From: Clostridia bacterium
GTDB taxonomy: Bacteria; Bacillota; Clostridia; Christensenellales; CAG-138
Reading direction: 5' to 3'
Assembly (NCBI GenBank): GCA_017514685.1
Contig: JAFWJN010000028.1
Location: 910-64,909 of the forward strand
DNA length: 64,000 bases
The translations under genes and the position numbers were made by a program. The notes under the pieces are model-generated. The model searched no databases. It had not been told where the DNA came from and was given only the letters and a program-made list of their open reading frames with translations. Shown here one piece after another: positions 49,081 through 59,296 of the stretch; position 1 is the stretch's first letter; the number at the start of each line of letters is the position of its first letter.

Positions 49081-49719
49081 TTATGAGTGTCCGTAACCGG
49101 AAACCGTCAGAGCGAGTCCGTCTTTTCCGAGCTTTTTCGCTTCCACTAAAATCAGGCGGACCTTTTGTCCGGTCAGAATCAGTTCCATCCGTTTCGGCAT
49201 AAGCCGGTTTTGGTCCAGAGCGCGCGTCAGTACCGTCAGTTTTTCAGCCGGATAACACAGAGAGAAAGTCCCACCGTTGTTTAAAAGCAGAAAAGCAGCG
49301 GCGCACCAGTCATAAAGAAGCGCTTCATCTGTATGACGCGCAAGGGAGCGTGCTCCTAATGCGCCGGTCGTGAAATACGGTGGATTCGCTATGATCCGGT
49401 CAAATGTTCCGTGACCGAAATAGGAAGGCGCGTCCGAAACGGAGAGCGGGATAAAAGCAATGTCCTGACCGTTTCTTCCGGCGCTTTCCTTCGCAAGCCC
49501 GATGGCGTCCGGATCGATATCGATTCCGGTATAAAAGCCTCCGTGCTCAGCCTCGGACAGAATAGACAGAATCCCGTTTCCGGTGCCGAAGTCAAGGACC
49601 CGGTCTTTTTTCTGAACATGCAAAAAGGAAACCAGACGGAGAGAATCTTCGTTGATCGGATACTGTTCTGTTCGATAGATGCCGATTCTTTCGGTCAGAG
49701 GTTCCCAGATTTTACTCAT
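49081..49719 (-). CDS. SAM-dependent methyltransferase, tRNA1(Val) A37-N6 type (YabB/TrmN-like)
   Basis: DS..L, LDFGTGNG, NPPYF and ARH motifs. Confidence 0.8.
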   Translation of the reverse strand: MSKIWEPLTERIGIYRTEQYPINEDSLRLVSFLHVQKKDRVLDFGTGNGILSILSEAEHGGFYTGIDIDPDAIGLAKESAGRNGQDIAFIPLSVSDAPSYFGHGTFDRIIANPPYFTTGALGARSLARHTDEALLYDWCAAAFLLLNNGGTFSLCYPAEKLTVLTRALDQNRLMPKRMELILTGQKVRLILVEAKKLGKDGLALTVSGYGHS

Positions 49720-50813
49720 GCTTCCGGTGTAGCGGCGGGGGAATCGGAGGGGAGAGCGTGGTTCAGATCCCCTTCAATCGTGACGCCGGTATAATAGTGT
49801 TTCAGAATTTCCTGGTAGGTGCTTCCATGTTTGGCCATGCCGTTTGCGCCGTTCTGGCTCATGCCGACACCGTGCCCGTAGCCTTTGACATGGAAGATAA
49901 ATCCTGTGTCTGTCGTTTCCACGGTAAACATCGCACTTTGAAGATCGAATACAGGCCGCAGCTTTTTGCCGACGATTTCGATCTCTCCGAGCCGGACCGT
50001 TTTGACCCGGCCTGACGGAAATATTTCCGGCAGCGAGATGGCAGAACGGATATTGTCCATGCTCACTTTCGCGTCAGGATAGGCGGTGTTGATTTTCTCG
50101 ACGGCTTCTTCGAAAGAAACTTCCACGTCCTGGGTGCGCATAGGATCCTCATACGGACTTTCCACACCGCGCAGATAGGGAAGCGCGTTCGCGTATACAT
50201 TCTCGGAGTTTTCTGTACGGCCTCCTGAACATGCATGAAACATTGCGTCGACGATCTCACCGTGATAGACCAGAACTTCTCCGACGGTAGACATGACCGC
50301 TTCCGCAATGGTATTATAATTCATCCCGGCAGCGTCTTTCCAGCGTTCCTCCATACGGGAATCGCTGATAAAGGCCTGGCAGCAGGAACTGTTGGTGCAT
50401 ACTGCCGCTTCCGGATAAGTCTGGCAGCCTCCCCGCAGAATTTTCCGCAGCGCATAGGTCCGGGCGGCGACAGCCTGCGCCTTCAGCGCTTCCGGCGCGT
50501 ATCCGACAGGCATCTCGGCGCCTACAACCCCGATGATATACGTCTCGAAATCCATAACGATCAGGCGGCCTTCTCTGTGATCATAGACCGGGATCTGCTG
50601 TGTTTCAATAAAATGATAATACTCCGCAAGATTGACCCGGGTCGGTGCTGGGGTAAAAGTCGGAGTCGGTTCTGCTTCGAGTACAGGTATCTGCATAGTA
50701 CCGGAAAGAACGGACCAGATCATGAACAAGAGGATCAGGAGAAGCACAAGAAGAACCGCCATCAGCGGCAGAAGAAAACGATTGCGGTTGTCAGCACTGT
50801 GTTCTCGATCCAT
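49716..50813 (-). CDS. spoIID: Stage II sporulation protein D (lytic transglycosylase); start ATG 50813, not 51050
   Basis: N-terminal TM; GVVGAEMP..EALKAQAVAARTY, CQAF, PYLRGVESP and GYGHGVGMSQ.GA..MA..G...EIL.HYY motifs. Confidence 0.9.
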   Translation of the reverse strand: MDREHSADNRNRFLLPLMAVLLVLLLILLFMIWSVLSGTMQIPVLEAEPTPTFTPAPTRVNLAEYYHFIETQQIPVYDHREGRLIVMDFETYIIGVVGAEMPVGYAPEALKAQAVAARTYALRKILRGGCQTYPEAAVCTNSSCCQAFISDSRMEERWKDAAGMNYNTIAEAVMSTVGEVLVYHGEIVDAMFHACSGGRTENSENVYANALPYLRGVESPYEDPMRTQDVEVSFEEAVEKINTAYPDAKVSMDNIRSAISLPEIFPSGRVKTVRLGEIEIVGKKLRPVFDLQSAMFTVETTDTGFIFHVKGYGHGVGMSQNGANGMAKHGSTYQEILKHYYTGVTIEGDLNHALPSDSPAATPEA

Positions 50814-50877
50814 AGCATTATTATATGCGAACAAAAAGGAAAAAACCAGTAGATTTTGCAGGACGGTTCTTCCAATC

Positions 50878-50906
50878 TTGAAAAGAAAGAAGAGGCATGA
50901 TATAAT
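50878..50906 (+). promoter_or_regulatory. SigA promoter with extended -10 for the dnaD-like gene
   Basis: TTGAAA-17-TATAAT with TG; ATG only 6 nt downstream. Confidence 0.75.
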
Positions 50907-50912
50907 CCCCGT

Positions 50913-52112
50913 ATGATTGTACGTTTTTCGCCCGAAGCGGCAAGACGGGAAATGACACCCATTGATAATTTGTTTTTCACCGTGTATATGCCGGAAGCAG
51001 ACGGCATGTTTGTTAAGGTATACCTTTACGGCCTGATGCAGTGCTATCACAATTCCCTGGCGGAAGACTCAATTTCGGAAATTCTGGGCATTTCGGACAC
51101 GCAGGTCAGATGTGCCTTTGTCTATTGGCAGGCAAAAGGGCTGGTGCGGATCACGTCGGATGATCCGCTGACGGTGGAGTATCTGTTGACAGAACAGCCT
51201 GCCCTGACAACCGGGACATCGATCAAATACCGGCCTTTTGTAAACGCTCTGAATGCCCTGCTGGCTCCGAGAACGCTGGATCTCCGTGAAATGAAAGCGA
51301 TGTATGACTGCATCGAAGTATACGGGCTGGAAGAAGCAACGGTGCTGGAACTTGCCGCGTACTGTATCGAGCAAAAAGGAAAGAGAGTTTCTACCAATTA
51401 TATATTAGCCGCTGCACAGACCTGGAACGAGCAGGGTATCATCAGCCCTGCACAGGCAAAAGAGTATCTGGAAGCATACCGTGCGAAAAAGCATGGAGCA
51501 GCGGAAGTGCTTGCCCGCTGGAGCAAACGCAGAAAGCCCACGCAGGATGAAATGGATCTGTATGACAAATGGGTCACGGAATGGGGCTTTGACGGAGAGG
51601 CCATTTTGGCCGTCTGTCCACAGCTGGTGGAAGTCGGAACGCCGACATTCGCGATTCTCAACGACAGGCTGGAGCAATTGAAAGATCAGAACCGGACAAC
51701 GGTGGAAGAGATCGGAGAAAAAGCGAACAGTGAACTGGATGACAGGGAATTCTGCAAGCTGGTGTTTGCACGGCTCGGAAAAATGGAAACGCCGTCTCGT
51801 ACCGATGTTGCGCAGATTTCGATGTTCCTGAAAGAGAAGGGGATTTCAAAAGAAGCCATTCTGTTTGCGGCAGATGAAAGCAGAAGCGCGGAACGTCCGT
51901 TCGGAATGCTGAAAAAAGTACTGATCGACTGGGCTGCGAGAAATGTTACCACTCTCCAGGATGCGGAAAAAGCATACGAGGAGCGGAGAAAGCAACCGGC
52001 ACAGAGAACCGGAAGGCGGGGGAAGAACCGTGTGGTGGAAGGGTACAGCCAGGCACCGATCCGGGATGAAGATGTTGAAGGCATGATAGTCGATTTGGAT
52101 AAGGATCTATGA
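50913..52112 (+). CDS. DnaD/DnaB_2-domain replication protein
   Basis: T.IDN.F...YMP.A.G.FVKVYLY, YW...GL and repeated YI...W...GI DnaD motifs. Confidence 0.85.
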   Translation: MIVRFSPEAARREMTPIDNLFFTVYMPEADGMFVKVYLYGLMQCYHNSLAEDSISEILGISDTQVRCAFVYWQAKGLVRITSDDPLTVEYLLTEQPALTTGTSIKYRPFVNALNALLAPRTLDLREMKAMYDCIEVYGLEEATVLELAAYCIEQKGKRVSTNYILAAAQTWNEQGIISPAQAKEYLEAYRAKKHGAAEVLARWSKRRKPTQDEMDLYDKWVTEWGFDGEAILAVCPQLVEVGTPTFAILNDRLEQLKDQNRTTVEEIGEKANSELDDREFCKLVFARLGKMETPSRTDVAQISMFLKEKGISKEAILFAADESRSAERPFGMLKKVLIDWAARNVTTLQDAEKAYEERRKQPAQRTGRRGKNRVVEGYSQAPIRDEDVEGMIVDLDKDL

Positions 52113-53026
52113 AAAGCAGTTTGCAGCAATACTACAGTTCCATACGGGAGAAAAACGCGCGTCTTTCAGAACAGCGTAAGCAGGAATGTGAGAAGAAAGA
52201 ACCGCGCCTTGCTTCGCTTCGGACAGAAAGGGGTCAGGTCGTGATAAGCCTTGCTGCCGGAAAGATGACGGAAGCACAGGCTCAGTCGAGAATCGCAGCC
52301 ATTTCCGCTGAGCGGAAAACGCTCCTGATCGGAATGGGTTATCCGGCGGACTATCTGGATCCGATCTACACCTGTTCCAAATGCCGGGATACCGGGGAAG
52401 TCGGAGAGCTTCTGAAGAAACCATGTTCCTGTCAGCTGAAACTCCAGCAGAAGGAACTTGCGGACGGGGCAAGGCTGAATTGGAAAGAGACATTCGCTTC
52501 CTTCCGTCCGGAGATCTATCCGACTGACGCGCAGAGAAGTTTCGGAGTACGCTGCAAAAAGTACTGCGAGAAATATGTGGCTTCACTTCCTTCTCCTGAA
52601 AAACCGAACCTGCTGTTTCTGGGACAGTCAGGACTGGGTAAGAGCTATTTTGCAAACGCAATCGGGGCTGCTGCTGTGGAGCACGGGATCGAAACGAGAA
52701 AGGTTACGGCATATCGCTTCGTGCAGGATGCGCTGAGCGGAATCGGAAACAATTCAGAACCTCTTGCGGTTTATACGAATGTAACGCTTCTGATTCTGGA
52801 TGATCTCGGCACAGAACCGATGATTCCGAATGTCACAGCGGAATCTCTTTTCCGGATATTGAATGAGCGCGCCGCAATGAACCTTCCGACCATCGTGGTT
52901 TCCAACCTGAATAAAGATGAACTGGTATCTGAATACGGAGAGCGCATCGCATCCAGACTGTTTGACGGGGCAAGGACTGCCATTGTACGTTTTACAGGCG
53001 ATAATCTCAGAACGAGGCAAAGCTGA
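52109..53026 (+). CDS. DnaC/DnaI-like helicase-loader ATPase
   Basis: Zn-finger CSKCRDTG..PCSC, Walker A GQSGLGKS, Walker B LILDDLG and RIASRL. Confidence 0.87.
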   Translation: MKSSLQQYYSSIREKNARLSEQRKQECEKKEPRLASLRTERGQVVISLAAGKMTEAQAQSRIAAISAERKTLLIGMGYPADYLDPIYTCSKCRDTGEVGELLKKPCSCQLKLQQKELADGARLNWKETFASFRPEIYPTDAQRSFGVRCKKYCEKYVASLPSPEKPNLLFLGQSGLGKSYFANAIGAAAVEHGIETRKVTAYRFVQDALSGIGNNSEPLAVYTNVTLLILDDLGTEPMIPNVTAESLFRILNERAAMNLPTIVVSNLNKDELVSEYGERIASRLFDGARTAIVRFTGDNLRTRQS

Positions 53027-53841
53027 TGCTTTATTTGGTCGCTACCCCGATCGGCAATCTCGGGGACATCACATTTCGGGCGGCACAGATTCTGAAGGAC
53101 TGTGACGCAGTATACTGTGAGGACACCAGAAGGACCTCACAGCTTTTATCCCATCTCGGAATTGAAAAACCTTTGTACAGCTGTCACACGCATAATGAGA
53201 GAATGCGGAGTGAGCAGGTGGTAGCCGCGCTGAAAGAAGGAAAGGAGATCGTCTATGCTTCCGACGCCGGAATGCCCGGCATCTCCGATCCCGGCGCGAT
53301 TCTTGTTTCTGCCTGTATCGAGAACGGCCTGGACGTTACGGTGGTGCCCGGTGCTTCAGCGGTACTGACTTCCGCAGTGCTGTCGGGACTTCCACCTCAG
53401 CCGTTTACTTTTTTCGGCTTTCTTCCGCGCGAAACAAAGCCGCGCAGGGAAATGATGGACGCAATCGCAAAGACCGGTCATCTGTGTATCCTGTATGAGA
53501 GCCCTCACAGAGTGCAGGGAACCTTGCAGGATCTGAAAGAGCGGCTCGGCAACTGCAGGGCGGCCGTGCTGCGGGAACTGACGAAGAAGTTCGAGACGGT
53601 CTACAGAGGAACTCTGTCTGAACTGATCGAAGAGTTTGAAACGGAACCGAAAGGGGAATGCGTCATCACTGTCCTTCCGGAAGAAGAAAGTGCCGAACCT
53701 AATGCAGATCCTGCCGGGCTGATGGACGATCTGCTGAAAAGCATGTCCGTGAAAGATGCTGCATCCTGTGCGGCAGAGAAACTGCATATCTCAAAAAAGG
53801 CGGCATATGCGCTTGCGCTTGAGCGGAAATCCAACTCCTGA
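53026..53841 (+). CDS. rsmI: 16S rRNA (cytidine1402-2'-O)-methyltransferase
   Basis: LVATPIGNL.D, EDTR, SDAGMPGISDPG, YESPHR and RELTK.FE motifs. Confidence 0.96.
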   Translation: MLYLVATPIGNLGDITFRAAQILKDCDAVYCEDTRRTSQLLSHLGIEKPLYSCHTHNERMRSEQVVAALKEGKEIVYASDAGMPGISDPGAILVSACIENGLDVTVVPGASAVLTSAVLSGLPPQPFTFFGFLPRETKPRREMMDAIAKTGHLCILYESPHRVQGTLQDLKERLGNCRAAVLRELTKKFETVYRGTLSELIEEFETEPKGECVITVLPEEESAEPNADPAGLMDDLLKSMSVKDAASCAAEKLHISKKAAYALALERKSNS

Positions 53842-53863
53842 GAAGACAGAAGGAAAAACAGAT

Positions 53864-53898
53864 GCAGTTACCTGCTTCTGCAGGCAGCTGCTTTTTTT
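53864..53898 (+). terminator. Terminator after rsmI
   Basis: GCAGTTACCTGC-TTCT-GCAGGCAGCTGC-T7. Confidence 0.7.
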
Positions 53899-53992
53899 GC
53901 CCCTTCGGCAAAGGAAAATAGCAGAGAAAAGAGTTTTTTTCAGAAAAAAAACGAAGCCGTACATAAAAAGTATGTAAAATTTAAATTAATTA

Positions 53993-54021
53993 TTGACATT
54001 TCTGTGGGTTTCTAGTAATAT
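53993..54021 (+). promoter_or_regulatory. SigA promoter of the S10 operon
   Basis: TTGACA-17-TAATAT with an AT-rich UP region. Confidence 0.75.
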
Positions 54022-54027
54022 ATCACC

Positions 54028-54267
54028 GTTCGCGCCATAGGTATGTCTATGCCTAGACGCAAGGGCGATCCGCGGAGGTTGCCGGCAGCCATTCCGGGTA
54101 ATTTCGCGGGAGTCCGACGCCCGAATCCTTCGGGCGGGGCAAAAATAGCGGACACCCCGTGCCGTCCCATGCGCAGCCGAAAGGCTGTGCGAAAAAAATA
54201 AAAGGGAAACACACGGCTCTGTGTACTGCCCAACAACATCAAATTTCTAGAGAGAGGAACAACAAGT
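54028..54267 (+). ncRNA. Structured S10-operon leader (S10-Clostridia-type ribosomal leader)
   Basis: About 240-nt GC-rich leader with GGCGAT..GGAGGTTGCC..CCGG core and several hairpins (CGCCCGAA-TCC-TTCGGGCG; CGCAGCC-GAAA-GGCTGTG). Confidence 0.6.
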
Positions 54268-54576
54268 ATGGCAAACCAAAGAATTCGCATCAAACTCAAG
54301 GCTTATGAACACAGTCTGATCGACCAGAGCGCCGAGAAGATCGTTGACACCGCCAAGAGAACCGGAGCACAGGTTTCCGGCCCCATCCCGCTGCCCACTG
54401 AAAAGGAAATCGTTACGATCCTGCGCGCAACGCACAAGTATAAGGATTCCCGTGAGCAGTTCGAGATCCGCACCCACAAGCGTCTGATCGACATCATTCA
54501 GCCGTCCACCAAAACAGTTGAAGCACTGATGAAACTCGATCTCCCGGCGGGCGTCGACATCGAAATCAAACTGTAA
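54268..54576 (+). CDS. rpsJ: 30S ribosomal protein S10
   Basis: [15 protein letters not shown] and [14 protein letters not shown] motifs. Confidence 0.99.
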   Translation: MANQRIRIKLKAYEHSLIDQSAEKIVDTAKRTGAQVSGPIPLPTEKEIVTILRATHKYKDSREQFEIRTHKRLIDIIQPSTKTVEALMKLDLPAGVDIEIKL

Positions 54577-54600
54577 AAATAATAACGGAGGTAAGACCAA

Positions 54601-55227
54601 ATGAAGAAAGCCATTTTGGGCAAGAAGATCGGTATGACGCAGTTCTTCCGGACTGACGGTACCATGATTCCCGTCACTGTTATCGAAGCCGGTCCTTGCC
54701 CCGTCATCCAGAAGAAGACTGTCGGTAACGACGGTTACGAAGCGATTCAGGTGGGCTTCTGCGAAGTTCGCGAGAATCTGTCAAACAAGCCGATTAAGGG
54801 CCATTGCGCCAAGGCGGGCGTTAAGACCATGCGTTACTTCAAAGAGTTCAAACTCGACGACGCTGCTTCCTATGAAGTAGGACAGCTCATCAAAGCGGAT
54901 GTCTTTGCAGAAGGCGACAAGGTTGACGTTTCCGGCAAGAGCAAGGGCAAGGGCTTCGAAGGCAACATCAAGCGTTGGAATCAGGCTCGCGGCCGCAAGA
55001 CTCACGGTTCTCATTCCTATCGTGTTGCCGGTTCCATGGGCGCCTGCACCTACCCCGGCGAAGTTTTCAAGACCAAGCGTCTTCCCGGACATATGGGCAG
55101 TGAGAATGTCACAGTCCAGAACCTGGAAGTCGTCAAGACCGATGCTGAGCGCAACCTGATCCTGATCAAGGGCGCGATCCCCGGAGCAAAGGGAACGCTG
55201 GTTGCGGTCAAGAGCACCGTGAAGTAA
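54601..55227 (+). CDS. rplC: 50S ribosomal protein L3
   Basis: [15 protein letters not shown] and SKGKGF motifs. Confidence 0.99.
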   Translation: MKKAILGKKIGMTQFFRTDGTMIPVTVIEAGPCPVIQKKTVGNDGYEAIQVGFCEVRENLSNKPIKGHCAKAGVKTMRYFKEFKLDDAASYEVGQLIKADVFAEGDKVDVSGKSKGKGFEGNIKRWNQARGRKTHGSHSYRVAGSMGACTYPGEVFKTKRLPGHMGSENVTVQNLEVVKTDAERNLILIKGAIPGAKGTLVAVKSTVK

Positions 55228-55239
55228 GGAGGAAAGAAC

Positions 55240-55860
55240 ATGCCGAACGTAGCATTGTATGATATCAAGGGCAACACCGTTGGCGAGATCGAACTTTCTG
55301 AGAATGTTTTCGGCCATGAGGTCAACGAGAGCGTTCTGCACGATGTCGTCGTTGCACACCTTGCAAACTGCCGTCAGGGCACACAGAGCGCTCTGACCCG
55401 CGCAGAAGTTTCCGGCGGCGGCAAAAAGCCGTGGCGCCAGAAGGGCACAGGCCGTGCTCGCCAGGGTTCTACCCGTTCTCCGCAGTGGAGACATGGCGGC
55501 GTCGTTTTTGCCCCCAAACCCCGTGACTACGCGATTCGCCTGAACAAGAAAGTCAAGCGCCTCGCAATGTGGTCCGCACTGTCCTCCAAGGTCAACGAGA
55601 ATGAGCTGATCGTGTTCGATGCACTGAACATTGAAGCTCCGAAGACCAAGGAAATGGTCAAGGTTTTAAAAGCGGTCAATACCGAAAAGGCTCTGATCGT
55701 TCTTGCCGATAAGGATGACACCGTGGAGCGTGCCACTGCCAACATCCCGAACGTCAAGACAACACAGGTCGGAACGCTGAGCGCTTACGAGATCTTGAAG
55801 TATGAGAAGCTGATCCTCACAAAGGCATCAGCGGAAAAGATCGAGGAGGTTTACGCATAA
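55240..55860 (+). CDS. rplD: 50S ribosomal protein L4
   Basis: RQGT and KPWRQKGTGRARQGS motifs. Confidence 0.99.
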   Translation: MPNVALYDIKGNTVGEIELSENVFGHEVNESVLHDVVVAHLANCRQGTQSALTRAEVSGGGKKPWRQKGTGRARQGSTRSPQWRHGGVVFAPKPRDYAIRLNKKVKRLAMWSALSSKVNENELIVFDALNIEAPKTKEMVKVLKAVNTEKALIVLADKDDTVERATANIPNVKTTQVGTLSAYEILKYEKLILTKASAEKIEEVYA

Positions 55861-56156
55861 TGAAGAACGCATATGATGTCGTAAAAGCTCCGATCCTCAC
55901 GGAAAAGAGTTATGATTATATCGCGCATCGCATCTACACTTTCGAAGTTGCGAAGACCGCGAACAAGATCGAGATCGCTCAGGCGGTCGAAGAGATCTTC
56001 GGCGTTAAAGTTGCGAGCGTTCACACTGTGAACAAGATTGGCAAAGTAAAGCGCCAGGGCCGTACGCAGGGCAGAACCGCTGCCAAAAAGAAAGCGTATG
56101 TCAAACTGACAGCCGATTCCAAGGGCATTGAGCTCTTTGACGGTATCGCACAGTAA
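55860..56156 (+). CDS. rplW: 50S ribosomal protein L23
   Basis: PILTEKS, ANKIEI..AVE and KKAYV motifs. Confidence 0.98.
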   Translation: MKNAYDVVKAPILTEKSYDYIAHRIYTFEVAKTANKIEIAQAVEEIFGVKVASVHTVNKIGKVKRQGRTQGRTAAKKKAYVKLTADSKGIELFDGIAQ

Positions 56157-56167
56157 GGAGGCAAAAC

Positions 56168-57004
56168 ATGGCTATTCGTAAACTGAACCCCATTACGCCG
56201 GGTACAAGGCACATGTCCGTCTCCACTTATGAGGAGATCACCAAGAAGACCCCTGAAAAGGCACTGGTCGAAGACCTCAACAGCAAAGCGGGCCGCAATT
56301 TCACCGGTAAGATCACCGTTCGTCATCAGGGCGGCGGCGCAAAGCGCAAGTATCGCGTGATCGACTTCAAGCGCAACAAGGACGGCATCCCCGCAACGGT
56401 CAATGCCATCGAGTACGATCCGAACCGTTCCGCGAATATCGCTCTTCTGTTCTATGCAGACGGCGAAAAGCGCTACATCATCGCTCCTTACGGCCTGAAT
56501 GTTGGTGACACCGTTATTTCCGGCGAAAGCGCCGACATCAAGATCGGCAATGCACTGGAGCTCCAGTACATCCCCGTCGGCACGATGATCCACTGCATCG
56601 AGCTGAAGCCCGGCAAGGGCGCCCAGCTGGTCCGTTCCGCAGGCAATGCGGCGCAGCTGATGGCAAAGGAAGGCAAGTACGCTCAGGTACGTCTTCCCAG
56701 CGGCGAAGTCCGTCTGATCCCGATGAACGCGAAAGCGACGATCGGCCAGGTCGGCAATCTGGATTATCAGAACGTTCAGCTTGGTAAAGCAGGGCGCAAG
56801 CGTCACATGGGTATCCGCCCGACCGTCCGTGGTTCTGTCATGAACCCGAACGACCATCCACATGGTGGTGGCGAGGGCAAATCCCCGATCGGCCGTCCGG
56901 GCCCTGTCACTCCTTGGGGCAAGCCCGCGCTCGGTTACAAGACGCGTAAGAAGAAGAACAAGAGCAACAAGTACATCGTTCGCCGCAGAACGAGTGGTAA
57001 GTAA
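56168..57004 (+). CDS. rplB: 50S ribosomal protein L2
   Basis: EYDPNRSA and [21 protein letters not shown] motifs. Confidence 0.99.
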   Translation: MAIRKLNPITPGTRHMSVSTYEEITKKTPEKALVEDLNSKAGRNFTGKITVRHQGGGAKRKYRVIDFKRNKDGIPATVNAIEYDPNRSANIALLFYADGEKRYIIAPYGLNVGDTVISGESADIKIGNALELQYIPVGTMIHCIELKPGKGAQLVRSAGNAAQLMAKEGKYAQVRLPSGEVRLIPMNAKATIGQVGNLDYQNVQLGKAGRKRHMGIRPTVRGSVMNPNDHPHGGGEGKSPIGRPGPVTPWGKPALGYKTRKKKNKSNKYIVRRRTSGK

Positions 57005-57019
57005 TTAGGAGGATAAACA

Positions 57020-57301
57020 ATGAGCAGATCGGTCAAAAAAGGTCCGTTTGTAGAAGAACGCTTGTACTCTCGCATTCAGTCCATGAATGAGAGCGGCAAG
57101 AAGACCGTTGTTAAGACATGGTCCCGTGCCTCCACGATCTTCCCCGATTTCGTCGGCCACACGATCGCGGTACATGACGGCAAAAAGCATGTTCCGGTGT
57201 ACGTTACGGAAGAGATGGTCGGACACAAGCTGGGCGAGTTCGCACCCACCCGCACGTTCCGCGGTCACAGGGGCTCCGAGAAATCCTCGGGAGCAAAATA
57301 A
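57020..57301 (+). CDS. rpsS: 30S ribosomal protein S19
   Basis: KKGPF, TWSR and [11 protein letters not shown] motifs. Confidence 0.99.
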   Translation: MSRSVKKGPFVEERLYSRIQSMNESGKKTVVKTWSRASTIFPDFVGHTIAVHDGKKHVPVYVTEEMVGHKLGEFAPTRTFRGHRGSEKSSGAK

Positions 57302-57313
57302 GGAGGAACGATC

Positions 57314-57700
57314 ATGGCAACCAGAACGAGAGAAAAGACGGCTCGCCGTCATGAAACAGCTGATAAGCGCCCCCGCGCTATCGCTCGTTATATTCGCATT
57401 TCGAACCGCAAGGTCAAGACGGTCATCGACTTGATCCGCGGCAAGAGCGTTAAAGAAGCCGCTGCGATTTTGGCTTACACGCCCAAATCCGCCAGCGAAC
57501 CGGTGCTGAAGCTCCTGAACTCTGCAATCGCAAATGCAGAGAACAACCTCGACATGAACCGCGACGATCTGTATGTTGCGGAGGTCTATGCCAATCAGGG
57601 ACCGACACTGCAGCGTTATCGCGCAAGAGCGCGTGGCTCTGCTTCCCCGATTCGCAAGCGCACCAGCCACATCACGATCATCCTGGATCAGGTCAAGTAA
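57314..57700 (+). CDS. rplV: 50S ribosomal protein L22 (N-terminal extension)
   Basis: SAIANAENN and RARG...I.KRTSHIT motifs. Confidence 0.98.
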   Translation: MATRTREKTARRHETADKRPRAIARYIRISNRKVKTVIDLIRGKSVKEAAAILAYTPKSASEPVLKLLNSAIANAENNLDMNRDDLYVAEVYANQGPTLQRYRARARGSASPIRKRTSHITIILDQVK

Positions 57701-57710
57701 GGAGGACAGT

Positions 57711-58370
57711 ATGGGTCAGAAAGTTAATCCGAACGGATTCCGCGTAGGCGTGATCAGAGATTGGAACACGCATTGGTATGCAACGAAGAAGGACTTCTCG
57801 GACTGCCTCGTTGAGGACCGCAAGATCCGTGATTTCGTTAAGAAAAAGTACTATCAGGCAAGCATTTCCCGCATTGTGATTGACCGTGCAACCGGCAAGA
57901 TCAGCGTTGGTATCTACACCGCGCGTCCCGGTATGCTGATCGGCAAGGGCGGCGCAGGCATCGAAGAGATCAAAGCGTCCGTCGCAGCAGAGATCGGCAA
58001 GCCCGTCGCAATCAACATCATGGAAGTACGTGATGCGGATGCGGATGCACAGCTTGTTGCAGAAAACATCGCAGCGCAGATCGAGAAGCGTATCAGCTTC
58101 CGCCGCGCGATGAAGCAGGCAATGCAGCGCGCAATGCAGCGCCCCGGCGTCAAGGGAATCAAACTCACCTGCGCGGGACGTCTCGGCGGTGCCGAGATTG
58201 CGAGAGCAGAGGGATACCATGACGGTTCCATCCCGCTGCAGACCATGCGCGCGGACATTCACTATGGCTTTGCCGAGGCAAACACCCAGTACGGCCGCAT
58301 CGGCTGCAAAGTATGGATTTACAAGGGTGAAGTCCTCAAGCGTGCAAAGCGCTCGGAAGGAGGCAAATAA
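57711..58370 (+). CDS. rpsC: 30S ribosomal protein S3 (true start 57711)
   Basis: MGQKVNP.GFR, RPG..IGKGG and [10 protein letters not shown] motifs; GGAGG RBS. Confidence 0.99.
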   Translation: MGQKVNPNGFRVGVIRDWNTHWYATKKDFSDCLVEDRKIRDFVKKKYYQASISRIVIDRATGKISVGIYTARPGMLIGKGGAGIEEIKASVAAEIGKPVAINIMEVRDADADAQLVAENIAAQIEKRISFRRAMKQAMQRAMQRPGVKGIKLTCAGRLGGAEIARAEGYHDGSIPLQTMRADIHYGFAEANTQYGRIGCKVWIYKGEVLKRAKRSEGGK

Positions 58371-58373
58371 TCC

Positions 58374-58799
58374 ATGTTAATGCCGAAGAGAGTTAAGCGC
58401 CGCAGAGTTTTCCGCGGACGCATGAAGGGTGCCGCACATCGCGGTAACACCATCACTTACGGTGAATATGGTCTCGTCGCGCTGGAGCCCTCCTGGGTCA
58501 CCAGCAACCAGATTGAAGCTGCCCGTGTCGCGATGACTCGTTACATCAAGCGTGGCGGTAAGGTCTGGACGAAGATCTTCCCCGATAAGCCTGTTACTGA
58601 AAAGCCTGCTGAAACCCGAATGGGTTCCGGTAAAGGTTCCCCCGAATACTGGGTTGCAGTTGTGAAGCCCGGCAGAGTCATGTTCGAGATCGCAGAAGTA
58701 GATGAAGCGACCGCTCGTGAAGCTCTCCGTCTTGCAATGCACAAGCTGCCGCTCAAGTGCAAGATCGTGAAAAAAGCTGAAGAGAAAGGAGAAGAATGA
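58374..58799 (+). CDS. rplP: 50S ribosomal protein L16
   Basis: MLMPKR, QIEAAR and RMGSGKG motifs. Confidence 0.99.
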   Translation: MLMPKRVKRRRVFRGRMKGAAHRGNTITYGEYGLVALEPSWVTSNQIEAARVAMTRYIKRGGKVWTKIFPDKPVTEKPAETRMGSGKGSPEYWVAVVKPGRVMFEIAEVDEATAREALRLAMHKLPLKCKIVKKAEEKGEE

Positions 58800-59005
58800 T
58801 CATGAAGGCAGATAAACTGAAAGCCATGAGCAAAGATGAACTGCTCAAGCAGGAAAAAGAGCTGAAAGCCGAATTGTTCAATCTTCGCTTCCAGTCTGTA
58901 ACTGGACAGATCAGCAATCCCGCGCGCATCAGCGAATGCAGGAAAGACATCGCACGAATCAAGACCGTTCTCCGCGCTCGTGAGCTCGGTCAGGATGCCG
59001 AATAA
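58796..59005 (+). CDS. rpmC: 50S ribosomal protein L29 (start 58796 or 58802)
   Basis: ELFNLRFQ and RKDIARIKT motifs. Confidence 0.97.
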   Translation: MIMKADKLKAMSKDELLKQEKELKAELFNLRFQSVTGQISNPARISECRKDIARIKTVLRARELGQDAE

Positions 59006-59019
59006 GGAGGAAATGGCAC

Positions 59020-59280
59020 ATGGAAGAACAGAGAGGTTATCGTAAGACCCGCGTTGGTATCGTTACCAGCGATAAGATGGACAAGACGATCGTTGTTTCC
59101 ATCAAAACCAAGGTTCGCCATCCCCTGTACGGCAAGATGGTCAATCGTACCCGCAAATTCAAGGCGCACGATGAAGAGAACCAGTGCGGTATCGGTGATA
59201 CCGTGCGTATCATGGAGACCCGCCCGATTTCCAAGGACAAGAGATGGCGCCTTGTAGAAATCATCGAAAAGGCGAAGTAA
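59020..59280 (+). CDS. rpsQ: 30S ribosomal protein S17
   Basis: SDKMDKT, HP.YGK, AHDE and ETRPISK.KRW motifs. Confidence 0.99.
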   Translation: MEEQRGYRKTRVGIVTSDKMDKTIVVSIKTKVRHPLYGKMVNRTRKFKAHDEENQCGIGDTVRIMETRPISKDKRWRLVEIIEKAK

Positions 59281-59296
59281 TGGGGAGGAAAATAGT

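Noticed and set aside
50913-53026. dnaD-like + IstB/DnaC ATPase as a prophage or IS21 module
   Set aside because: No integrase, IstA or phage genes nearby; this pair is a normal clostridial chromosomal replication module
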